64,000 bases of DNA from Syntrophorhabdaceae bacterium (GTDB taxonomy: Bacteria > Desulfobacterota > Syntrophorhabdia > Syntrophorhabdales > Syntrophorhabdaceae): assembly GCA_963666485.2 (NCBI GenBank), contig CAXXUO010000002.1, forward strand, positions 160,001 through 224,000, in the 5' to 3' direction. The notes under the pieces are model-generated. The model was not told the DNA's origin, did not search any database, and saw only the letters and a list, made by a program, of their open reading frames with translations. Below, in pieces: positions 56,598 to 64,000 of the stretch. The position numbers and the translations under genes were made by a program. Every line of letters begins with the position of its first letter. Position 1 is the stretch's first letter.

Positions 56598-58061
56598 TTA
56601 CCCATTTGTTTTCTTTACGTTTTCTTCTTTTTCTCCCGGTGCCGGACCGGCTGTCCAGCCACCGCCCAACGCCTTGTAGAGGCGAACGAGGTCGCCGACG
56701 ACAGCCCCCCTGCTTGTCGCCAGGTTGTCCTTGACCGAGAGATATGTCCTCTGGGCATCGAGGACCGCCTGGAAATCGATGAGCCCCGATTTGTACTGTG
56801 ACAGGGCAAGGTTCGTGGAATCCGTCGCGGATGCCAGGGCGTCGTTCAGGGACTGCATCCTTTTCTGTTCGTTGACAAATGCGGTGATGGCGTTTTCCGC
56901 CTCCTCGAGGGCGAGGATGATCGTATTTTCGTACTGGAGGTACGCCTGTTCCTGGCGGGCGTTCTGGATCTCGATGTTGCTGCGGACCGCGCCGGCATTG
57001 AAGATATTCCAGGTGAAACGCGGGCCTATGTCAAAGAGCCTGTTGTTCCCGGTAAAAAGTCCGGCAAAGGTCGATGCGTCTATCCCGATGGAACCGTTGA
57101 GGGTCAGCTTCGGGTACAGGTCTGCCGTCGCGACGCCGATGCGCGCCGTCTGGGCGGCAAGCTGCCTTTCGGCGTTGCGCACGTCGGGCCTGCGGCGCAA
57201 TGTCTCGGCAGGGACGCCGAGTGCGATCTCGACAGGTACGGACGGCAGGCCGGCGGGTGCGGACACCTTCGGGTCGGCGAAGCCGGGATATTCGCCCATC
57301 AATGCCGAAAGCCTGTTCAAGGCCGCGGCAAGGCGGGTCTTGAGCGTCGGGATCGCCGCACGTGTCGCCTCCATATTGGTCTTTGCGCGATCGATGTCAA
57401 GCTGGGTGACGAGGCCGGCTTTTTGCCTGTAGACCGTCAGTTCGTATGTCTCGGTGAGGAGCTTGAGGTCGTCTTCCACGATCGCAAGCCTGTCCTGGAA
57501 CGTCCGCACATCCACGTAATTGAGGGCAACCTCTGCGGCCAGCGTCACATAGACCATGCCGTAATCTTCCTGCGAGGCCTCGTACGTTGCCCGTGCCGCT
57601 TCATTGGCCCTTCTTACGCCCCCAAACAGGTCGATCTCCCAGCCGGCATCGAGCCCCGCGGAGAAGATCTCCCGGGTCGTACCGGTCTCCCCGTTCTTCT
57701 CCGTCCGGGACAGCGAGTAGGCGCCCGAACCGTTGACCGCCGGGTAATACCGGGCCTCGGCCACGCCGCGGGCCGCACGGGCCTCACGTATACGCGCCTC
57801 GGCCTTCTTCAGGTCCTTGTTGTTCTTTATCGCTGTATCGATAAGATCGGCGAGGACGGGATCGTTGAGGGTCACCCACCATGATGCCAGGGTGTCCTGC
57901 GCTGCGCCCGGCGTCGTCGCGCCCTGCGCCGTCCGTGTATTCCATGCCCCGGGCGCCTTTATATCCGGCTTTACATAGTCGGGCCCCACCGTCGCACACC
58001 CCGCGAACATCAGCACCGCCACAAAAACCACAGCGTATTTGATCACATTTCTCAGTTCCAT
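56598..58061 (-). CDS. Efflux outer-membrane factor lipoprotein (NodT/OprM family)
   Basis: FAGC lipobox, VGPDY, WEIDLFG, RRPDVR.AE, LYKALGGGW. Confidence 0.95.
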   Translation of the reverse strand: MELRNVIKYAVVFVAVLMFAGCATVGPDYVKPDIKAPGAWNTRTAQGATTPGAAQDTLASWWVTLNDPVLADLIDTAIKNNKDLKKAEARIREARAARGVAEARYYPAVNGSGAYSLSRTEKNGETGTTREIFSAGLDAGWEIDLFGGVRRANEAARATYEASQEDYGMVYVTLAAEVALNYVDVRTFQDRLAIVEDDLKLLTETYELTVYRQKAGLVTQLDIDRAKTNMEATRAAIPTLKTRLAAALNRLSALMGEYPGFADPKVSAPAGLPSVPVEIALGVPAETLRRRPDVRNAERQLAAQTARIGVATADLYPKLTLNGSIGIDASTFAGLFTGNNRLFDIGPRFTWNIFNAGAVRSNIEIQNARQEQAYLQYENTIILALEEAENAITAFVNEQKRMQSLNDALASATDSTNLALSQYKSGLIDFQAVLDAQRTYLSVKDNLATSRGAVVGDLVRLYKALGGGWTAGPAPGEKEENVKKTNG

Positions 58062-58092
58062 TTTGGTTCTCCCCTTCATGATGACCGGATGC

Positions 58093-59301
58093 CTATTCAT
58101 GCCGTAACGCCTCGATCGGGTCTAAACTGGCGGCCTTGTGTGCGGGCACATACCCGAAGGCAAGCCCGACACCCGCGGAAAACAGAAAAGCGATGATGAT
58201 GATGCCTATGTTGAGGACCAACGGCACACCAAGGATGCGGACAAGGACCGCGGACGCGGCAAGGGCGAGTGCTATCCCGATGAGCCCCCCGAATGCCGAC
58301 AGCACCATGGCCTCGACAAGGAACTGCAGGAGCACCTCGCGCTCGAGGGCTCCTATCGCAAGCCGCGTCCCGATCTCGCGCGTCCGTTCTGTCACCGAGA
58401 CAAGCATGATGTTCATAATTCCTATCCCGCCCACGAGCAGGCTCACGGCGGCCACTGCTCCAAGCAGCGCGGTCAGGAGCTTTGTCGTGTCAAGCATCGT
58501 GCTCGCCAGCTCCTTCATGTCCCTGATCTGGAAATCGTTCGGTTTGAGGGTCGATACGCGCCGGCGCTCCCTGAGCAGCGCCTCGATATCCTGCTGTGCC
58601 TTTTCCGTGGACACGCCCTCTTCCACGGAGACCTGTATGAGGCCGATCTTGTCGTTGCCCGATATGCGCCGCTGAAAGGCGCGAAGCGGCATAACGACCG
58701 CGTCATCCTGGTCCCGGCCCATCGTCGACTGACCTTTGGACGCGAGAACACCCAGCACCTCGAACGAAATGCCCTTGACGCGAATTCTCTGGCCGATGGC
58801 CTCCTGGTCCCCGAAAAGCTCTTTTTTGACCGTCGCGCCGAGAATGCACACGGCCGTTCCCGAACGCAGCTCGCCGTCAGAAAATTCCCTGCCTTTATCT
58901 ATCGCCCAATCCTTCGCCTTGAAGAAATTGTTGTCTACGCCGTTCACCGACGTGCTCCAGTTCTTTGAACCGAAAACGACCATCGCTGTCGACGACGCCG
59001 TCGGGGCCACCGCTGCCAGCGATCCCACGTCCCGGCTGATCGCCCTCGCGTCGTCTATCTCGAACGATTTGGCGTCCGAGTGGCCGCCGCCCCCGCTGCG
59101 CATCTGGCCGGGCGTCACCATGAGCAGGTTGCTCCCGAGCTTCGCGATGTCCTCGGTCACCTTCGCCGTTGCCCCGCTGCCAACGGTGACCAATGTAATG
59201 ACCGCCGCGACGCCGATGACGATGCCGAGTATCGTGAGAAATGAACGCATCTTGTTGCGCCGTATTGCCCGTAAGGCCAGGATGAATGCATTGAGGATCA
59301 T
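58093..59301 (-). CDS. MacB-like ABC transporter permease
   Basis: RSFLTILGIVIGV; GGIGIMNIMLVSVTERTREIG; LDPIEALR. Confidence 0.95.
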   Translation of the reverse strand: MILNAFILALRAIRRNKMRSFLTILGIVIGVAAVITLVTVGSGATAKVTEDIAKLGSNLLMVTPGQMRSGGGGHSDAKSFEIDDARAISRDVGSLAAVAPTASSTAMVVFGSKNWSTSVNGVDNNFFKAKDWAIDKGREFSDGELRSGTAVCILGATVKKELFGDQEAIGQRIRVKGISFEVLGVLASKGQSTMGRDQDDAVVMPLRAFQRRISGNDKIGLIQVSVEEGVSTEKAQQDIEALLRERRRVSTLKPNDFQIRDMKELASTMLDTTKLLTALLGAVAAVSLLVGGIGIMNIMLVSVTERTREIGTRLAIGALEREVLLQFLVEAMVLSAFGGLIGIALALAASAVLVRILGVPLVLNIGIIIIAFLFSAGVGLAFGYVPAHKAASLDPIEALRHE

Positions 59302-60038
59302 TGTACCACCTCGCTTTGCCGGCTGTCCGACGCTATGAGGCCGTCGCGGAAACGCACCGTGCGGCTCGCGTATTCGGCCATGTCCGGCTCATGTGTCACC
59401 ATCATGATCGTGATCCCGCGCTCCCTGTTGAGCGACGTTAAAAGTTCCATGATCTCCACGCTCCGGATCGAGTCGAGATTCCCCGTCGGCTCGTCGGCAA
59501 GAAGCACGGTCGGCGTTGTTGCGATCGCCCGCGCTATGGCGACCCTCTGCTGCTGGCCGCCGGAAAGCTCCGCGGGCGAGTGATGTTCCCAACCCGAAAG
59601 CCCGACGGCGTCGAGCGCCTCGTGTGCTATCCTGCTCCTTTCGGTGTGATGTATGCCCCTGTATACGAGGGGAAGCTCCACGTTCTCGAGGGCCGAGGTA
59701 CGGCTCAGGAGGTTGAATCCCTGGAAGACGAACCCGAGGTAATGGCGCCTGAGCAGGGCCCTCTGGTTCCGCGAAAGATTCCCGATATCGATACCCCGAA
59801 AAAGGTACTGCCCGCTCGTCGGCGTATCGAGACAGCCAAGGAGGTTCATACAGGTGGATTTCCCGCATCCGCTCGGGCCCATGACCGCGACGAAATCACT
59901 TTCATAGATCGTGAGGTCGATGCCCTTCAAGGCCTGGAGCGCGGCCTGGCCTTTGCCGTAGACCTTGGTTATCCCTTTGAGCTCGATAAGCGGCTGATCG
60001 TTGTCCCGTGTCATTTCATTCACCTGGGCGTTCATCAC
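59298..60038 (-). CDS. MacB/LolD-like ABC ATP-binding protein
   Basis: GPSGCGKST, LSGGQQQR, ADEPTGNLD, VTH. Confidence 0.95.
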   Translation of the reverse strand: MMNAQVNEMTRDNDQPLIELKGITKVYGKGQAALQALKGIDLTIYESDFVAVMGPSGCGKSTCMNLLGCLDTPTSGQYLFRGIDIGNLSRNQRALLRRHYLGFVFQGFNLLSRTSALENVELPLVYRGIHHTERSRIAHEALDAVGLSGWEHHSPAELSGGQQQRVAIARAIATTPTVLLADEPTGNLDSIRSVEIMELLTSLNRERGITIMMVTHEPDMAEYASRTVRFRDGLIASDSRQSEVVQ

Positions 60039-61321
60039 TTCTGCCTCACGATGTCGGTCGCAACGAACGTACCCGGCATAATATTCCCTTCAACGACCTG
60101 CGTCATCGTCCCGTCCGTCGCACCGATCTTGACGGGGACCCGGACGACGCCCTGCCCTTCGATCTTCCAGACAGCGGCGTTGTCATTCTGTTTCTGCTGT
60201 GCGGGCTTCGGACCGGCTGTCGGCGGCCTGCGGCCTATGAGGTTCGTAAGGAGCTTGCTGCCCGACTGGCCGTCACTTTGTGCCTTGTCCTGGGGCGGCG
60301 TGAACCTCAGCGCCGAATTCGGTATGAGTGTCGCGTCGGGGATGCTGTTCACGGTTATGAATGCCGTGGCCGTCATCCCGGGCCTCAAGAACATCTCCGA
60401 ATTGTCGACCTCGAGCACCGTCTCGTATGTTACGACATTATTTTCCGTCTTCGACGCGAACCGGGCCTCTTTGACCCGGGCAGGGAATTTCCTGTCGGGA
60501 AAAGCATCGACCGTAAAGATCGCCTTCTGGCCCACCTCGACCTTGCCGATATCGGCCTCGTCAACGAAGATGTTCAATTCCATCTGCTTCAGATCTTCCG
60601 CGAGCTTGAAAAGGAGCGGGGTCTGCAGCGATGCGGCGACCGTCTGGCCCGGCTCAACCTTGCGTTCAAGGACGATACCATTAATGGGCGAGCGTATCGT
60701 CGCCTTCTCGAGGTCCGTCCGGTTCGACCTGAGCGTCGCCTCGGCCTTGGCGATATCCGCGCGCGCTGTATTCTCGAGCGCCTTCGCCCGTTTATAAGCC
60801 GCCTCGGCAGCATCATACTCGGTGCGGGACGGCACCTTTCCGCCGCTGAGCTCCAGGCTCTCCTTGAACCTTTTCAACTTGCTCTCGGTCTCGAGCGCCG
60901 TCGCCTTCGCCTCTTCGAGTTTTGCCTTTGCATATTTCAGGGTCGCTTCGGATTGAAGCACCTGCGCTTCCAGTTTCGTCGTGTCGAGCTTTGCCAGGAC
61001 ATCTCCCTTTTTTACCCGGGAGTTATAGTCGACGAGCACCGTCTTCATCGTCCCCGACACCTCCGTGCCCACCTCGACCTGTTCCACCGGCTGGAGGTTC
61101 CCCGTTGCGGTCACGGTGACGGTCAGTTCGCCCTTTTTCACCTCTGCGCTCCTGTAGCGGACCTGGGACTTTCCCGTCGCCGCATAGACTATGACCGCCC
61201 CTGCCAGCACGAGTACCGCCGCGATGCATACAAGCCACATCATTCGTTTTGTAAAGAATGACCGCGGTGCCGAATTCAAGATCTTCTTCAGATACGATAC
61301 GTCGTCACGAGATGTTTCCAT
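60035..61321 (-). CDS. MacA-like periplasmic adaptor subunit
   Basis: ATG.LQP..VEVG.EVSG; IRSPI.G.V; VDEADIG; LRPGMTA; AAGGAG RBS at start 61321 (61372 also possible). Confidence 0.93.
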   Translation of the reverse strand: METSRDDVSYLKKILNSAPRSFFTKRMMWLVCIAAVLVLAGAVIVYAATGKSQVRYRSAEVKKGELTVTVTATGNLQPVEQVEVGTEVSGTMKTVLVDYNSRVKKGDVLAKLDTTKLEAQVLQSEATLKYAKAKLEEAKATALETESKLKRFKESLELSGGKVPSRTEYDAAEAAYKRAKALENTARADIAKAEATLRSNRTDLEKATIRSPINGIVLERKVEPGQTVAASLQTPLLFKLAEDLKQMELNIFVDEADIGKVEVGQKAIFTVDAFPDRKFPARVKEARFASKTENNVVTYETVLEVDNSEMFLRPGMTATAFITVNSIPDATLIPNSALRFTPPQDKAQSDGQSGSKLLTNLIGRRPPTAGPKPAQQKQNDNAAVWKIEGQGVVRVPVKIGATDGTMTQVVEGNIMPGTFVATDIVRQK

Positions 61322-61385
61322 ATGAGGCTCCTTGCCAAACAATTTTTTGTCCTGTTGTTCCGTGTTTTTCATGGTCCTGACTATG

Positions 61386-61413
61386 AGTCGCAGGGAAACG
61401 GGGAAAGGTTACA
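61386..61413 (-). promoter_or_regulatory. Candidate ECF promoter of the efflux operon
   Basis: TGTAACC-N15-GCGACT on the minus strand. Confidence 0.65.
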
Positions 61414-61457
61414 AAAAATTTTCGCCCCAAGATCCATAACCCTAATTCCTCCCACAT

Positions 61458-61610
61458 CGTCATCCCGGCCCCCGAGCCGGGACCCAAGGTTTTTTTCTGC
61501 ATCTCCAGATAAATGGCGATGAACTACTGAAAAAAGACGGTAGATGAAGCGGAGATGACGCGGGGTAGAAACAAAAAAACCTTGGGTCCCGGGTCAAGCC
61601 CGGGATGACG
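61458..61610. repeat. Paired REP-like palindromic element
   Basis: CGTCATCCCGGC..GCCGGGACCCAAGGTTTTT ... AAAAACCTTGGGTCCCGGG..CCCGGGATGACG. Confidence 0.85.
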
Positions 61611-61663
61611 GACTTTGCTTTATGACGGTAAAAAGAGCTGCCTCCCAGGCTTTCAAAAAACTT

Positions 61664-61691
61664 TGTAACCTTTTAAATGTTGCAAGCGACT
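61664..61691 (+). promoter_or_regulatory. Candidate autoregulatory ECF promoter
   Basis: TGTAACC-N15-GCGACT; boxes and spacing identical to 61386-61413. Confidence 0.65.
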
Positions 61692-61880
61692 TAAAGATTA
61701 AAGAAACGGGCCGGAAGTTAAAAGGCCCGCGAGGAAAGAATGATCGGAGCATCGGAAACATTACCCGTTTCACCCGCCAGTATCGGCGCGATACCATTTC
61801 TCCTGACCGGGATCGCTGGGGACGGTGCCCTTGCCCTGCCTTTACGTGTCTGTTATAACAGAGTATCAGGATATCGCAGC

Positions 61881-62465
61881 ATGACCGAAACCGACCAGGA
61901 CCGCGAAGCCGCCCTCTATATCGACCGTATCATACGCGGCGATAAAGATGCCTTCTCCTTTATAATTAAGACGTACAAGATGTATGTTCTCAAGATCGTC
62001 AACCGCCACATACCCTACGAGGATGCCGAAGAGGTGGCGCATGACGCATTCATCCGCATCTATGAATCTCTTTCTCAATTCAAGGGACAGGGCGGGTTCA
62101 GGAACTGGATGGCCGCTATAGCGACCCGCACGTGTTACGACTACTGGCGGCGGGCGTACCGCTCGAAGGAAGTGCCCATGAGCTCGCTTGGCGATGAACA
62201 CCGTGAATGGCTGGAACGGGCAGCGTCCGGGACAGCGTCCGTGGAAGACATCGCCCGCGAGGCCGAGGCCCGCGAGGTGCTCGACTATGCTTTATCCAAA
62301 TTATCACCACAGGACAGGATGGTCCTCACGCTCATCTACATGGAAGGATTGTCGGTCCGCGAGGTCGCCGATCTCACCGGCTTCAGCGTGGCAAACGTGA
62401 AGATCAGGTCCTTCCGCTCGCGCAGGAAATTGCATAAGATCCTGAAAGATTCAGCCAGGAGATGA
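61881..62465 (+). CDS. ECF sigma factor (alternative in-frame start at 61740)
   Basis: GDKDAF, DAEEVAHDAF, FRNW...IA...DY, EGLSVREVA...VK.R..R.R. Confidence 0.93.
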   Translation: MTETDQDREAALYIDRIIRGDKDAFSFIIKTYKMYVLKIVNRHIPYEDAEEVAHDAFIRIYESLSQFKGQGGFRNWMAAIATRTCYDYWRRAYRSKEVPMSSLGDEHREWLERAASGTASVEDIAREAEAREVLDYALSKLSPQDRMVLTLIYMEGLSVREVADLTGFSVANVKIRSFRSRRKLHKILKDSARR

Positions 62466-62478
62466 AAGGGGCAGGCAC

Positions 62479-62793
62479 ATGAAGAAAGAAGACAGGAACA
62501 TCGAAGAGGCTTTAGCCGCGGCACACCGGAGGCGTCAGGGGCCCGAGCCCGGCGAGGACTGGGAAGTGTCGGTTATGAGAAGCATACGGAATGTCGCCGG
62601 CGAATCGCAAGGGGTACGCTGGTCCGAGCTGATCGGGAGGCTTTTCTGGGAGATATGCCCCGCCGCGTGCGCTGTCATTATTTTCCTTGCGATCGCCACA
62701 TACCGGCTGAACGTCATCCCACCCGAGGACTTTGCCCAGATGGTGACGGCGGATGACACGATCGAAGTCATTATCGGCGACAGCAACGGTTAA
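62479..62793 (+). CDS. Putative single-TM anti-sigma factor
   Basis: Directly after the ECF gene; W...VMRSIR helix followed by a TM segment. Confidence 0.65.
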   Translation: MKKEDRNIEEALAAAHRRRQGPEPGEDWEVSVMRSIRNVAGESQGVRWSELIGRLFWEICPAACAVIIFLAIATYRLNVIPPEDFAQMVTADDTIEVIIGDSNG

Positions 62794-62805
62794 AGGAGTC
62801 ATGCC

Positions 62806-63474
62806 ATGAATACCGTAAAACTGGTCGTTATATTTATTCTGGTCCTTGTCGTGGGGATATTCGCCGGCTCGCTGGGTACAAAGATATACCTGAAGCATGA
62901 GCTTCAAAGGACCGGCCCGGGCAGGCAGTCCTCCGAAGAAAAGGTGAACAGGATCGTCGGACGCCTGACGGAGGACCTCAAACTTGACGCCGGTCAACAG
63001 GACGAGGTCCGGAAGATCATCACGGCGACCGAGGCACGGGCAACAGGCCTCAAGGCACTGTACGAGCCGGACCTGAAAGAGATATACGACCGGAGCTTCG
63101 CGAGGATCGGTGAAAAACTGAATGCCGAACAGAAGATAAGACTTCTGAAAAGGCAGGAGAGATTTTCCTCCCGGTTCAACGCAATGTATTTCAGGTCATT
63201 GCAGGCCGCCCGGGCGGGGATACCGGACATGGAAACTATTTCCCGTCTTCTCAACCTCGATGCGTCCCGGCGCGAGCACGTACGGGCGGTCCTCAAAGAC
63301 CGGAAGGAACGGGAGGACCTCGTGATAGCGAAATATCAGAAACTGGAGCGGCCGGACCTCGCGGCACTCAGCGGGGACCTCAAGAAGATCCGCACCGACA
63401 CAGAGAAGGACCTTTCGCGTGTGCTTTCGAGCGATCAGCTCAGGCATTTCAAGACGGATGTCGAGGCCTACTGA
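62806..63474 (+). CDS. Membrane-anchored helical periplasmic protein (Spy/CpxP-like repeats)
   Basis: N-terminal TM; L.LD..Q..V and LNAEQ/LSSDQ (LTxxQ-like) motifs, twice. Confidence 0.6.
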   Translation: MNTVKLVVIFILVLVVGIFAGSLGTKIYLKHELQRTGPGRQSSEEKVNRIVGRLTEDLKLDAGQQDEVRKIITATEARATGLKALYEPDLKEIYDRSFARIGEKLNAEQKIRLLKRQERFSSRFNAMYFRSLQAARAGIPDMETISRLLNLDASRREHVRAVLKDRKEREDLVIAKYQKLERPDLAALSGDLKKIRTDTEKDLSRVLSSDQLRHFKTDVEAY

Positions 63475-64000
63475 TCAGTCGAGATGTGCCTTGAGTGAAA
63501 GGTTGGTGTAGATCAGCCGCTGTCCCATCTGCCGGATGATGAACCTGTGAAAAGCCGCGGCAAGGTGCGGGTCGTCCTTTTCCATCCTCTGCAAAGCATC
63601 GACGGTTATCTTGTAAAAAACGCTCTGCGATTCGGTCACGACCGACGCGGTTGAAGGTTCGCGCAGGTAAAGGCCCAGCTCGCCTATGATCGTCCCGGGG
63701 CCGAGCGTCCTCAAACGGACACTCTGGCCCGAGGCGTCCTCGAGATTGACCGTCGCGCTGCCGGATTCAAGATAGTACAGGGAGTGCGGCGGGTCGTTCT
63801 GCCGTATCAGGTAAAAACCGGCAGGCACCTCCTTGCGCTCTGCGTATTCAATGAGCTCGCGCACCTGCCCCGCGTCTTCGGGAAAAGCTCGCGCAAATGC
63901 TCCTCGAGGGGATATTTTTCATTCCCGGACAGTGCGCGCTCCGAGCGAAGGATCTCATTCTCGCACCATTCCGCGGCAAGATCGAGATCGGGGAACACCC
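63475..64000 (-). CDS. C-terminus of a SulP-type STAS-cNMP protein, frameshifted near 63880 and truncated by the window edge
   Basis: FPDLDLAAEWCENEIL in one frame; cNMP domain (LYYLESG, PGTIIGELGLY...ASV) in another. Confidence 0.75.

Overview
Bacterial DNA of moderately high GC. The gene content (2-oxoacid:ferredoxin oxidoreductase, c3-type multiheme cytochrome, Tat flavocytochrome, many hybrid kinases) suggests an anaerobic deltaproteobacterium, possibly Syntrophorhabdus-like; this is inference only. About 50 CDSs; no rRNA, tRNA, CRISPR array or intact transposase recognised. Main blocks: (1) 1-14.8 kb, transport, signalling and envelope genes, including a metallo-beta-lactamase-fold protein with a kinase-like tail. 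(2) 15-26 kb, an amino-acid catabolism island: omega-aminotransferase, ALDH7 and a LOR/SDH-family ornithine cyclodeaminase, converging on a COG2403/arginine-synthetase-like gene plus carbamate kinase, a ferredoxin, and an OFOR operon whose delta-like ferredoxin is fused to a GltD-like flavoprotein. (3) 31-45 kb, large sensor kinases, rlpA and a sodium:solute symporter with an unannotated 39-aa partner. (4) A Tat flavocytochrome with a hexaheme cytochrome, probably not a fumarate reductase. (5) 48.6-49.5 kb, a repeat/MITE hotspot with filled and empty sites side by side. (6) A Csu-type chaperone-usher pilus cluster containing a protein with three MshEN-like (c-di-GMP-binding) modules, an internal signal peptide and a pilin-like domain; this is the strongest candidate for an undescribed system. 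(7) A MacAB-TolC-like operon divergent from an ECF sigma/anti-sigma locus, with matching candidate ECF promoters on both strands. (8) A frameshifted SulP-cNMP gene end. Intergenic regions carry paired REP-like palindromes and several families of 7-bp tandem repeats. All family assignments come from motif recognition by eye; no searches were run.
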